Positions 40,582 to 54,384 are shown, numbered from the stretch's first letter. The stretch is 64,000 nt of DNA from Marsupella aquatica (GCA_973895155.1 OZ316891.1:13113037-13177036); one strand, 5' to 3'. Translations and numbers: made by a program. The notes: generated by a model from the letters alone, not told the origin.

Positions 40582-43504
40582 TTAGTCAAGGCAAACAAGT
40601 TCTTTGTTGTGTAGAACCTATGACCCTGAGGGGTTAAATAGTGTAATTCTTGGCCACAGTTAACCAACCCATAGCCCTGAGGGTGTTAGGGAGTATAATT
40701 TCTTTGGATGGCCAATATGGCTGTACGCACCCATTATTGGGCTACTAGACATAGCAAAGTCATAAAAAAAAGATCCTCATGGAGTTTTTTTTATGTTTTG
40801 TCATATAATATATATTATGGAGTAGTCCTCACATCCAAACATTATGCATTATCATGTACTATGGTTTTGATATGTGCTCATGGCACAGGACCTCAGGACC
40901 ATGATTAAATAATATTTTCTTGACACATTAATTTCATGAGATTAATGGAGACCCGCTGTAGGCCTACAGTTTGTCTCTGACTTGCAGAAAAATATTAGAG
41001 TTAAAAGTAAGGTGTGTGAATATAAACTCATTTGTGGGGATATCTTTGCTTCGGCACTCAACGCCCCTGGTGAATGTTTGAGGAGTTTGATGGGTCAACC
41101 ATCATTAGCCCTGATGAGGAGCCTGGCTAAGAGCAATCAGGCTATTGAGGATGCCTGAGAATTCATCAATTCTACTTCTGACTGAGATAAATGTTTTCTA
41201 AGAGCAGGGATAAGTGTCTCTGACACAAAAGTGTCCTAAGGGGTCCATTTGGGCACTTTGAAATTGTGGGTCTAGCAATGCAGGAGTTTCCAGATGGGGG
41301 ACCATCAAGCATATGTCCACCAAACCAGTGCCAAATTGCTACTGTAGATCCCTATAATCTTTACCAACCATCACATGCCCTTTACCAGCCGGGAGATACA
41401 ATTAATCTGTCAATATTTAAGTCCCTATCTTTTCTCAACATGGGCTCTGGGCAGTATATTCTTCAATAATTTTTCAAGTAGCACGAGCAGACCCTCCCTT
41501 TGCGAGTTTGGTCTGTACTTTACTTGGACCCTATATTGCACATAGAGCGTTAGATCATGGACTCTAGTCTACAATAAATGTTAGATCTTGGCAAATGTAT
41601 GTACTGGCAAATAATTCTCTCAAACCACCACTATGACTAAAAAAGGGGGAAGTCTCCAAACCTTCCGTCATTTTTCACCTTCCTTCCTCTGCCAATGTCA
41701 GCCTAGGCCACCATTTTGGGACGTTAATCTAATTATTATACTCAATCCGGCAGTTTAAACTTTAAAATGAATCCTCTGTTAAGTTTAGCAGTTTCCTTTC
41801 TGTACGAATTTTTGCACATCTGCTAAGGTGAAGGGGTTTGCTAATGATACAAAAAAAATTTAAAAAAAAATTGTGACTTATTTTCAAAATCAATGGTCCA
41901 GATCTGGCAGTACATAGATTTAATGGTCATAGCCATACACATCAATTACAAAAATATTGCTAAGCAGAGGTTTCTCAATTCACCATAAGTGCTACCTGCC
42001 CAAAATATAAGACTTCTCAACTCACAATAAGTGTCAACTGCCCAAAATACAAAAGGAAACGCTGGTTTGTAGCAAGGTGAATAACTGTGTTGCTAGCCAA
42101 AAACACTCACTGGCCCGGGATCAAGGACGAGAAATCTCAGTACTCCCCTCACATATAGTGGTCAACTCGAGAGATGAGCAGCCCAAATTGATTCTACCGG
42201 GTAATAACTGAAGAGAACATAGCTCTAAGCTACTAAGGTTCCCTAGTTTAAACATGCAAAATAATCATCCATGACGCTCCAACGCAGCTTTCTAGGAATC
42301 CCTGTATAGAAATGCATATATAAAGCAAGATTCAGGATACTATTATTCTGTCTAAATTTCCCTGGGATAGTCTGGTCTCTGTCAAAGAACAGTAATATGT
42401 GCTGGGCAGCTACTGTACCTATTTCATCACCCCTCGTAGCCTTTTGCTAATCGTTTTGGAGCTGTTATTGTCGGTCGCCTTGCGTGGGCTGAGGAGTAAA
42501 GTTGACCCTACCGTAGCAATATCAAACTCCAAATATACCCATTATATTTCTTATTAGATAAATTCCAATTCTACCTTTTAAGTTTGCCTGGCGGACATTT
42601 TGAAAGGTTTTCTAAAGAGAAACGCCCTTCAAGAAACCGGCAACTGACTTGCAAGCGGAAAAACACCTAGGCGTGAAACCCCCTTGTTGTATATATTTTT
42701 ATGTAGGTCCTACTACCACCGGGCACATAACACTTTATATCCAGGAAAACACCCAGTGTATCTTTGCATATTTTTTTATGTTGTTCCTAGAAGTTTTACT
42801 ACAAGCGTTTGTGAACTCCTATAACACATTATACCCCACGAGACTGTGGTTGGAGCAGAACCCAGGAAATTACACAGTGTATAAATGTCCCTGTTTGCCT
42901 TGTGCTGTCTCTAAAAACCATCATACATCATACATGACTCTCTTCTTTCAGGTGTCACTGAGGGCTACATGCCTTGTACCTTGCAATAAGTCTCGCAGTA
43001 AATGAGTCTTTTTCATGCCCCCCACCAAAAACAGCCATCACACTTACATTTGATAGCATCGTTGTGACAGAGAAGGGGTCACTTGTCTCAATGTTTCCCT
43101 ATGGAATTGAAGGTAGAGGCAACAAGAGAGAAATTTCTTTAGATGGGGATTAACAGTGGTTGATTTGCTCCTGTGCTGCTTGTGTTGTATGCTTCTTGCC
43201 AACAAGCAAGAAAATAAATGTAATTCAATTCTAAAAGGAAAAGAATTCCATTTTTGCAGTTTATCTTGAGGGAGATTTTCATAGGTCATCTTTGACGTGC
43301 TCCCCATAACATCTTGGCAAGCAGTTCCAGGATGTATAGGAAATGAAACTTACCACCCTTCAGGCCCCAAGACTCTCCAAGAGTTACTAGCCATTCCCCT
43401 AGTGTGCATCACTCTCCATTTTGGTGCCATTCCCCACAATGGACATTATTCCCCATAATGGAGTAGGATGTTCTGGATGCAGTCTCCACCTTGCCTGCTG
43501 TCTT

Positions 43505-44280
43505 CCCCCGAACACAGCACCCGGGTGTTGTGTTCAAAAGTTGAAATTTTCTAGTCTTGGTAATTAAGAAAAAGTAGTTTTAACTCGAACACAATGTCAT
43601 TTTAACACAACGCCCAGACATTGTGTTCCAATATGGCGTTGTGTTTGAATGTTCAGGGTTGTCTTTGAGTTTTTACTAATCGTGATAGCATTGAGCATAA
43701 AAAGTGCAAGTTCATGATTACAATCAAAGCATAAGCAAAGTAAACAAAAACCGTTGATAACCTTCACATCTTGACAACAATGCTAGGAGCAATTTCTGGA
43801 GCAATATTGCCCACACATACTCAATTGAAATGACACTTGACAACTCTACAAATAGCTACATCCATGTGCAAACGCAGTAGAAATCAGAGAATGACTTTCT
43901 AAACCAATATTCTATTTTGTCTCACCAAATTTGGCCAGGGTTGAAATGGTCTGGCAGCATTTAGCCTTTCATTCCTGCTTACACCCTAAATTCTATGCCT
44001 TTCATTCTTGCTTACATCCTAAATTCATCACAATGCCTCAATTTGAACACAACACCACTATCAAAACACGACTCCACAATACAAACACAATGCTTCAATT
44101 GAACACAACACCACTATTGAAACACAACTCCACGATACAAACACAATGCCACAAGGTAAAAAAATTCCAAAACATATTGAATGTCAAAATTCAAACACAA
44201 TGACCTGGGCGCACTATTCAAATATAACGCCCCATGGCCCACTATTCGAATATAGTGCATGGGCGCTATGTTTGGGGAAG
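43505..44280. repeat. Repeat region with AACACAAC(G/A)C motifs in both orientations (decayed DNA-transposon-like); related sequence at ~58730-58910
   Basis: GAACACAGCACCCGGGTGTTGTGTTC near-palindrome at ~43510; many AACACAA repeats at 43590-43650 and 44040-44200; CACTATTC.AATATAG(T/C)GC motifs shared with 58745-58825. Confidence 0.55.
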
Positions 44281-44514
44281 ATGGTAATACACTGGTAAAA
44301 AAAATCAAAAAAAATCTGAGGCAGCTTTTAGATTGTTTACTGTCTAGAGTTTTGCCCAGAGGAAACTGGTGAAAACTTGCCCAACTTGCAGTAACCTTAA
44401 AGGGAGCCTGTGAAACATCTTGCATTCAAAATCACCATGCAGTCACCCACAGCTGGCCCCGACCTTCCCTTAAAACAGGGTGAAATACAACCCTGTCTTA
44501 TATCTCTGAATTAA

Positions 44515-45951
44515 TCCGTGGACCCCCATGTTCATCTAAGGAATGTGTGCATGATGAAGTGAAATCAATTTTCAGCAAGGCAGTGATTGACAGTTTTGAG
44601 TCTCCCAATGGTGTTGGTGTGTACTTGTATAAAAGAAAACTCTCAAAAGATAGAGGAGATTTATCAAACAAAAGGTTGAATGTGGAGGAATTAAGTTTTT
44701 TGACGGTTTTTGCTTACACATTATTAGAGAAATTGTGTTTTTACCATTCTTGATTGATAATTTGTGAGTTACATTGAACATTACCGCCACAAGACAGACT
44801 GGAGGACAACACTCAGCTGTTGGCAAAGAGCGCTTGTTGATTCGGTGGGAAGAACACATAAAATGACGAGCCATCACTTCACACGAAGGATTTGTAGTTT
44901 TTTTTATTTAAGAAAACTATGGTGTGAGGGGGAGACCAACAATTGTTTCTTTGACATAGAGGTTGCATTTGGCGTCAACCTGTCTTCACAGTGAGCTTCA
45001 GTTGAAGACTAGAGGGATGCAAACAATTCAAGTCAGGAAGCAAGCATTGTGGACAAGCGATGACGATGTGATCAAAGAAATCAATTTGCAACGGCTAAGT
45101 TTTTGACAATGACGAGATTGTGATATCTCTTAATCGAGAAAGTGTTTCCAATGAGCCTCAGATTGACAAATTTTGTAAAGTTCTAAATGAGTTTTTGAAT
45201 TTCTTTGCCTTTCCAATGAGTGTGAGTATAAGAAATTCTGATCATGAGTTCATGAATTCTTTTCGCTTTCCAACATTGAGTTCAACATTGTCAGATTTTG
45301 TCACGATACTAGAGAGATCATGAGGTTTTCAATCTCTTCAGCTTTCTAATGTGTGACATTGAGACTATTTGTCAAGAATTAGAGAGATCATGAGTATCTG
45401 AAATTCTCTAGCTTTCCAATGAACCTAACATTGATAGATTTTGTCAAGTACTAAGGAGATGATGAGTTTTTTTATTTTACTCTAGCTTTCCAATGAGAGG
45501 TCTAAGTATGTTTCTAAATCTTGATCTTGAGTTTTTCAATGAATCAAACATTGACAGATTTTATCAAGTATTAAGGAGATTGATTATTTAGTTTTACAAT
45601 GTGAAGCCAAAGGGGTTTTAACTATGTACATTTCTATCAATTGGTTTTTTCAAACTTGCAAACAATTAAAAAATACAAGCATTTTGATATAAAACACTTA
45701 TACATCTTTGACAAACATCATAATGGTAACTTTATTTTACTAAATGACATCTCTTCCTTTGTATTTTGGTTTTTTTACATTTAATATTTACGGCATGGCG
45801 CCCCAAAAATTACATTACTTTTGCCACAAACAGGAATGTGCATGTTTGTCATTGTTAAAAGTAGGATCATTCCTATTTGTGGCTAGTTGTGATGATGTGG
45901 TGCAACCTCGTGGCAGAGAATTTGCAAGAGACTTCTCATGGGGGTCCGTAA
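44515..45951 (+). mobile_element. Copy 2 (full length, ~1.44 kb) of the unclassified dispersed element
   Basis: Starts TCCGTGGACCCCCATG after AATTAA and ends CATGGGGGTCCGTAA; colinear with copies 1 and 3. Confidence 0.9.
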
Positions 45952-47374
45952 TAATTTAGCAGACACTGAAATTGCAGCTCACCCTGTCCATTGATGTGAA
46001 CAACTCTCTCATCTGCCTAACTGATTATCGAGTTGACAAATTTTCTCCAAAGTCTTTACTTCCTCCAAACTTGTGGCAAAATAAAAACTTCAAGGGAAAA
46101 AATTAGCAAAATTCTCCAAAATCTGTCCTTTACAGTTGGATTTGCCATATGTGTGAAGAATCTAAAGCTTACCTCCACTGGCCATATAAAAGGAAAGAAG
46201 TGTCCAAGACTCCCCCTTTTTCACATTACTTTCCTCAAGAGTCTGACTTTGCTCCACAATTTCAGGAAAAAGTACTAAAAGTAGGTGGATCCTTGTTTTG
46301 ACATGGACTATGACTCTTTTTAGATTGAGAAGAATCCAACCACTTCAATCAACAATTATCATAATATTTATAAATAAATATGAACTGGGTCCCATCTATT
46401 TCCCTCCTATACCCTTGGGACATTCGCCAGTCAAACTGATCCCCTCCCCCGCCCCCACAGAATACAAAAACAAATCACTCATGAGCCTACTAGGACAATC
46501 TCTAATGGCTCTAATGTTTTCATCCCAACAAGATTTGTATGGCCTTGGCCCACCCCCACACACTCAGCCCCTTAGGTTTCGGTGCAGCCATTGAGAGGCA
46601 TTGGACTATTTGGGGACACGATGACGAGCCAGAAAGGCCAAAGTACACCCTATTTAGAGTAGAGCTTGTTCAACCCTGTCAAAGTACACCACATATATAG
46701 TCGTTCCTTTCGTCCCTGCCAAAGTACATCACATATAAAGACGTTCTTTTGGACCCTCCCAAAGCATATCATCAACCCATTAATGCACGATTGCATGATC
46801 CTTTTTGCCTTTTTGGCAGGAACAAAGATTGCAAGAATTTTGGCAGGAAAGAAAGATTCACGTCGTTCGAGATCAAGCCTCCAAATTCACTTCGAGGAGC
46901 CCGAGAATTATATTTATAATCAATCAATTCTGATCTGGTCTTATCTGATCGAGAAAAAAGTAATGTTTGCATAATTGCATTGCTGTTGTTGTCAAAGGCG
47001 GTATAATAATATAGTGATAAACGGCGACACCTCGAGTTCATCGTGTCTTTTGACCTTCCGTCACTCTCGAGAGTCTCATCAGTCTCGAAAGCTGACGAGA
47101 CACTGATTCCGAATCGCCGATTCCGCAGGTATTGGGATAAGGGCTGAGTCATGGTCGAGGTCGCATCTCATCCGGAATTCTAGCTTCTGTTGGATCGAAC
47201 GGCTGACCCCAGCCATGGACATCACAAAACGTCGTCGTTTCCAGCTGCTCGTGATGGGTTCTCTGTTTGTGGTGAAACAAATTTTTATAGACCGAGGCAA
47301 TCGAAAGCAGTGGAGGCGGTCGGGGCGTAGTTGCTCATCGTTGTACAGTCTCACACGGATCACAGTGACCTCAC

Positions 47375-48543
47375 TTGAGTGAGATGTCTCGTTGGAAGAG
47401 AATGAAATCTGGCTTCAAGGTGGATTTGAGTGAGATGTCTCGTTGGAAGAGAATGAAATTCGGCTTCAAGAACTTCGCAGCGTTGGACAAGGTTGTACTG
47501 TTTGTCAAGACCACTACAGGACTGCCGCTTCTTCGTTCAGCTTAAGATTCTGATTTTGGCGATGAATGTGTCCCGAACTGCGTTGTTCCTGTCCCTGTTC
47601 CGCATCGAGGTGAGGTACGATTTGTCAGAGATTCATCATGGTTACCGTGAAGCGGAGAGACAGAATTGAGCGAGTTAGGCACCACACATAACAGTCATCA
47701 AGAGATACAACCAAAACAACGGTACGATTGAATTGCTCCACGCTATGGATGATTGGGTTCGATTCTTCATCATGTTTACCACGAGGAGAGGCACAGAATT
47801 AAGAAGGGATAGGGCACCCAGAACAGTCATAAGAGAAACAACCAACAGAATACAAATGACTAGAAAGATACGATTGAGTTCCTCCCAACACAAGCAGAAT
47901 CCTCCAAACTCGAAGCTCTAAGCTATGGATGATATTGACGTTGAGACAAAACTACAAATAGCACCAAACCGATTATCACGTTTGATAGAGAACTGCAGTG
48001 AAGTCATCGACGCGCAAACAATCTATCTACATCTACAGTAGTGCATAATTATACATCTGTAACACAGAGGACGTGATGACAATAGGAGAAATAATTGAGA
48101 GAGAAACCAACACACGAAGAAAAGATGTACCATGTCCAAAGATATCTTTGGTCACAAGAAGATTGAACTCTGTCGTCAAAAGAATATTTGTACCGATAGT
48201 TTGGAAGATCCCATCCTCATATTAACAACAGCACCAAACAGATTATTAATGGATCGTTTGATAGAGAACTGCGATGAAACCATCTCTCTCAAACGATCTA
48301 GTGTACAGCTTTACAGCGTTTAGATAGAGGATGACAATCAAACGATCTAGTGTATAATCATCCAGCGCTTACATAGAGGACGTAATGACAAGGATAAGAA
48401 TAAATGAGGGAGAACCCAACACCCGAAGAAAGATGTACCAGGTCCAAACAGCTCTTTAGTTACGAGAAGATTGAAACTTTACATCACAAGAAATTGAACT
48501 AGCAATTTACAATTTACTATATTTTGGAATATCCCATCCTCAT
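47375..48543. repeat. Tandem duplications in a unique-looking region
   Basis: TTGAGTGAGATGTCTCGTTGGAAGAGAATGAAAT..GGCTTCAAG twice (47376, 47426); a ~270-320 bp diverged duplication (~47955-48220 and ~48226-48543), both copies ending ATCCCATCCTCAT. Confidence 0.8.
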
Positions 48544-51222
48544 GTTTTCCGTGTATATTTGAGATCCCAATCCCATTATTCCTGACTACCTTACCTTGGG
48601 ATCGAAGTTCGACTTTTAGGATCCAACCATTATCAGTGCACTTAGTTCAGTCCATAGGGTCTATCGACTATTAGCACAATGAAAATTTTATCAGGGGCAT
48701 TGGGAATACTAGGAGCACAGACAAGTCATCTTGAACAAAAATACATTACAGAGTTTAGAGCCTCCAAGATAACGCAGTTCAACAGAAGCAGAAGGCTAGG
48801 ATGGGATCTCCATTGCAAACTTTTGCTTGTATAGAATCTATAGAAGCACCCATTTTACATAGAAGAGTTACATGGATTTCTAGGAAACTAGCTTTAATTG
48901 TCACACCAAGCGAGTAAACTATCCTTCCATGAATCCTCGAATCCAACATTTATCTGACTGCAGTTTATCTGACTGAAAAGCTAAAACCTTCAGGAGTGAG
49001 ATTTACAATCCAATCGACAAAGCACAACAGATCGAACAACCATGTGTATTCAGCTTAAGTGCCCAGAGTGTATTTGTTACCTTGCCACAACTGTGATAAA
49101 TTCTAACTATGATACAATTTCATCAAACACTATAGCATCCGTACTTCATCAACTAATTTCTTAGTGATGATGCGGAGTAGGAGAGGTAGACAAAAGGAGA
49201 CACTGGTCTATACAAAGTATTTAGCACAAATACATATTCAATGGTAAGATACTCAATACTTAGATGGATCCATAGTTTGCACTTTACTTTTCTGCGATGA
49301 TAATGGTCTGAATTTCCAATCTGCCAGTATCTGACGAAGTAAAACATCAAACAAGTCCATATATAATTGTTCTTAATATTTTCAAGAAAGTTAAGTTCAA
49401 GGACATTATCAAGTTTCAAGTACTTAATATACAGTTCCAAAGTTAGGAGCCTGGAGAATAAAAATTTCAAGTCTATATCAATTGAACTTAATCTGAAGAG
49501 GCGCGTACAGTAATTTCAGTATTGAGAAGTGATAACTAAGACCTTGCTGGTATTTATGAATTTTTGCGGACGAAGACAATTATTGAACTGGTATTATTGA
49601 TCATGCGATGCTTTTGTTATTAGAGCTTCTTCATTCAATTGTAGACAAATTCTTCATTCTACCAGATTCCCCTAAGAGAGAAGTGCCTTGTTACTCTGGC
49701 AATGCCCGAAGTCGAAGTAAATCTTATCGAAAAGAATCCCTTTCAGCGAATCTTACTGGATTCCACCTACAAACGAGTGACTCAAACTTTCCAGCTGAGA
49801 ATCACTCAGAAAAACTGATATGGCTGGGTCTTTGGTGTCGTACAAAAGATAACGTATAGGTGTCTCAATTGGATTTTGTCACTTTGAGAGCGGGGATGCT
49901 CACCACCCAGGAACCAAAACTTTCTAACTTCAATAAAACATGGTCAACTCGTCTAATCCCTGTTCCAATCATGTTGATAAGAATATTAATAAAAGGAACT
50001 ACCTTCCTGACGATCACGTAAGGGGAGTGAAAACCAGATCCACCTCCTCGTGTTGGTGAAGTAGTCATTTAAATCGAGCACCCTGTGACACATGCAGCAT
50101 TAAAATACGTGGCTGACATGCAGCACTCCTGTCCAATGGAACCACACGTAATGTCAGGAGAATAAAGACAGCAGTTTGTCTAACTAAACCCGCTAACTTT
50201 GACACAGATCCGTGCAGTCTTCCTGGCGTATATTTCTCCCAGCAAACTGTATGGAGCATTAATCCGTTTATGGCTATACAACTCGAATCCTCCCTTGTGA
50301 GCTCGCTTGTCCCACAGGTACATCTTGGACAGGGTAAATTGGCTGGATGTTACACCTGGTCCTCCATTTTGAAGCCTAAGCTCGTCAAACTTTAGGGGGC
50401 ACAATTTGATCAGCTAGATTGCAGTGATTCAAAGAAGAACATGTATGCATCTCCACATAAGGCGGTTTTGTAGCCTGCAGCTCTCATTGCAACATCTTTA
50501 CCATTTGTAAAGTATCTGTGGAGTAGAAACGGGACAAAACATGTGAGTCATTTTTATTGACAAGAAATATGTGTGGCAGCTTTATCATACCAAATGAGAT
50601 AGGTGATGCATGAGATTTGAAGATGCATAACAGGCAAGTACGGTGGGGACAAAAAGAGCAAGGAAACTGGAGCAAAAAAGCATCCCTCCTTTACCATGAA
50701 TGACATACACTGGGAGGAGGACAAGTGACATCATTGGCTGTACCCAATACAATGCCTTCAGATCTTATAAGTGAAACGTTTTCCCATTTCTAAAAAACGA
50801 CTCATGCTGTGGACAGTTTGCCTGAGACATCTTGATTGTATACGTACTCCAAGCCCCAATCTTGTGAAATTTCTTCATCTTGAATGGTTCACCACAACTA
50901 AAGATCCAACCTATCACGGATGGAGAGCTAGGAGATACAGCCATTCAGGCTTGGCTAAAAGCTTAACCCTAGGATGTAGAAACAATATGCCCGATGACAC
51001 TTTCAGGGAAAGCATACCCCAATCTGGACAAATTTACACTTGCAGAAACTATGATGACAAGCACCGTGAGTCAATTACCAGAGACTCTGAGATTTAAGCC
51101 AATCCATAGTGTGCAGTTTCAATGGAAACAACATAAATCCTGGTGAAGGACAAGAAAAATGTTATTCCCCTGAATTCAGACAACCCCTGGAGTTGCAGAG
51201 GCATGTTATGACTTGTAGGTGC

Positions 51223-54200
51223 TCAAGTCGATCCTCTTGGGGTCTTTGAACTAGGTGCATGCGCAACACGTTTTAAGGCTGCCAGACTTTCAGGATTCTT
51301 CAAGTAGATGTAAGCATAGGCCACCCATGACATTGATGTTGTCACCACGACCGACCAGCTGCCACACCAAGAAGTTTAAGGTAAGCCTACAGAGAGCTCT
51401 TGCGATCGAAATACGAATTCCTAATAACAAGACATGCAACGAGACTAGACACCGTTATAACACTTATTTGCCAGCGTAAAACAACAACTGAGAGCTCACG
51501 CCACTGTAACACAGCCACCACGAGTAGTCACCTGAGCACAGGCACGATCGAATGTACGTCCTCTATTGACAGAGCAGGCTGAAGAAGGGCTACCCCAACA
51601 AGGGCCAGTTGAAATACAGTGTTAACCTGGTCCAGTAAACCAATGTTAGAATTTTGACGTTAAAATACCAATCCCTGTTTAGGATCTTGCGAAACGAATA
51701 TAACTTTCATGTGTCAGACATCGTAATATCATATTAAAGCATGACAAGTCCAATCTTCTTCTCAAACAAGCAGATCTTCCACTCCCAGGAAGGTCTTAAA
51801 TCTACCTCCGAAGGCAACATCAACATGCCATGGGACAGGATTTCAGTATTCTCCTTCAAATGGAGAAAGGCTCTGAGACTCCAGTGCCTCAAAAGAGAAG
51901 ACAGACCTTGCTAATAAATAGCGGCTCAACCTTTCCTGCACCTCCAATATTGATCCTGAAAAATTCTTGCCAATCTTTCCACTGCAAAACCACAGACGAG
52001 CATTCATCAGATATATCCAATAGAACCTTACGTGGCAATATAGCAATAACTCGACATCCAACATGAACCTCGCAGGGGGTTTCCAGCACTAAGACAGCTT
52101 TTTCTAGAGAACATGGAATCAGGAACACTTGACAAAAAACCTAGAAGTGGGCTGCATCAATAGCTTAGAGAGGTGGTTCAAGAGCCCATTATTTAACCAC
52201 CTGCCAACGAAGGGAGTAGGCTCGATATATAAAAGCGCCACCCATAAGTACTCCATCTCTTGCAACAATCAAACCAACCAGTCCAGCTGCCATATGGCAG
52301 ATCAGTACCCTCCAAAGAATGGTATGTAATATGAACCCCCTGCATACCATAGCTGGTACATCAGACTTTGACCTGGCAAATGCCATCTGATGCAAACTAA
52401 GATCAGAGATCGACTCTAAGAGACTCAGCGCTAAGTGTCTTCTAATGCTTGCATTTTAATCAAATATACATATTTATCAAAGAATGAGGACTTATCAGCA
52501 GCCACTTACGATGGAGCAGGCCCATATAAGCCATGGATATTGCGACACTGCCAACAAGGAACTGCATTTGGTAGACTATGTTAGTAGACGTAGTCCGAAT
52601 AACATGGACTATTAGGCCAAATGGTAAATCTTTGCAAGATCGGAGATCCTGTACTTACCACGAGCTGCGACAAATCTACATAATATTCTTAAGAACTAAA
52701 ATCTTGAAATTGCTTTGATGTGAACTGGATCCCGGTAGGTCCAGAAAGTTGGATTGCACGAAGTCTTGTGATCCCAGACTAAGGCGATGGACAGGCAAAA
52801 TAACGATCTACAAGCAGGGAAACCTGTAATCATTAAGGCAGCAGGTCGACAAAAGTATGCATGTTGTAAATTTTTACCTTATCTGCAACCGGGTCCAAGT
52901 ATGATCCCAATATTGAGTTAATACCCATCTTGCGAGCCACATATCCATCAAGCTGCATCAGTAGATCAAAGAATAAATCAGTAGAAAGGACAGGGCAACT
53001 ACGCCTCAGCCTAGATAACACAACGTCGATCTTGCCAGACAATTTCCTTAGAAAGCACAAAAGTAACAGACATTATGAGGGGCAATGGCGTGTCAGGCAG
53101 ACATAACGCTAACTCACCCAATCACTTATGCCTGCAATGACCAGTCCGACAAACGCAAGGCTCCATAGTTCATGTAGGATCATCCTGCATTGGTTGACGG
53201 CATTGAAAAGTTAGATGCCACTGGGACTAACCTGAAACAATAAAATTGAGGTCTACTTCAAAGTGAGCTTCCTGCCCAGGCCCGATAGGTTGAAAAGGAT
53301 ATATCGGAATTTGGCAGTAATCACTCCAATTCGTTTGCATAGCTTATGACGGAAGTCGAGTGATACAATTCAGATGCAGCATCAAGGCCTTTGCTGGTGT
53401 TATAATGGGCATAGACATTGCCAGCATCCATTGCTCTGTTTTCAGTCATTTCTGAAGTTGCACTGTATCAAAGAGGTAGACCCACACTAGTCTTCACAAT
53501 GCCAGGTAGGTGAGGAGTATCTTTAATTACAGGCCTTTTATCTGAGAAATTCAAAATAACATTGAAATCTTTTGAGAGGCACGGTCAAGGACCTCATACG
53601 ACGTTGATCGATGGAAAAAGAACAAGTACCAGGAAAGGAGAGGACCACAGAGCAGACGAGCCATGGAGATGGCATTCGGCCAATTCAAAACCTCCTCACG
53701 ATTCCAACCCATCTCACTCCATCCCGCATCCCTTCTAGTTTCCTCCGTGTCACCGCCCAGCTCAATCTCGTGAGTATTTTTCATAGCATTCTCATTCTCA
53801 TTGTCAATCAAAATTTCCGGTTCTGACAATCCCTCCCTGATGAATGGATTCTGAGAACTGGCTGGTCTTCCTTTATCAATCGTCTTTATCTCTAGTTGTC
53901 TTTGACCCCAAGACTCGTTGGCGCCTTGCTTCCCGTGTCGCTCCACTGCTTCTTCGTCCTCGTCGTTGTCTGCCCGCCATTCCTCTCTTAAAGTGGTGAA
54001 GGGAAGAGCAGACACCCGAAACGAAGTGTTGAAAGTTTGAGCAGACGAAGACAGAGAGTGCACAGGGGTGAATTGCAGTGTGGCAACATAAGGAGAGTAG
54101 CAGAAAGAGTTTGGAGACCTCGCCGAGGAGTACGCGGAGTTGGAGGAGAGAAGATCTGTGAAGGAGGAACACAAAACCCTGTTTCTGAATCTTTTGTTCG

Positions 54201-54384
54201 AAGGGTCCTCACCAATACTGGAAAGGAGGTCTAAAGGGGGATCGCCCACACGGGCAAAACCTTCAGAGCATATGTGGGGAGGCAATTGAGGTAGAGATTT
54301 TCCAACTACAATCCCACCTTCGCCAGAGTTTGAAAGAATGCGACAAAGCCTGCGCAAACTTTTCAGACCTCCTCGCCCTTTCAT
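51223..54384 (-). CDS. CLS: Cardiolipin synthase (CMP-forming), mitochondrial, ~446 aa, 8 exons
   Basis: Exons 54384-53630, 53184-53118, 52952-52878, 52561-52510, 52286-52201, 51981-51907, 51626-51532, 51358-51223 join in frame (1341 nt). [11 protein letters not shown]; CDP-alcohol phosphotransferase motif [28 protein letters not shown]; the plant CLS-type stretch [17 protein letters not shown] likely 5'UTR intron acceptor lies at ~54400, just before the ATG. Confidence 0.93.

Noticed and set aside
43040-43340. Possible second MULE transposase remnant on the minus strand
   Set aside because: Only vague motif resemblance across stops and frameshifts; not supportable without a translated search.
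48070-49312. Box C/D snoRNA candidates (GTGATGA at ~48073 and ~49164)
   Set aside because: No properly spaced CTGA with a terminal stem, and no recognisable rRNA-antisense element.
53293-53302. U12-type 5' splice site sequence ATATCCTTT on the CLS sense strand
   Set aside because: It lies inside GT-AG intron 1 with no exon upstream of it, and the gene joins in frame without it.
4711-54384. Apparent membrane/lipid/organelle gene cluster (AFG1L, flippase, pGlcT, CLS)
   Set aside because: The products act in different compartments and pathways and no shared regulatory signal is visible; ordinary gene neighbourhood is the simpler explanation.
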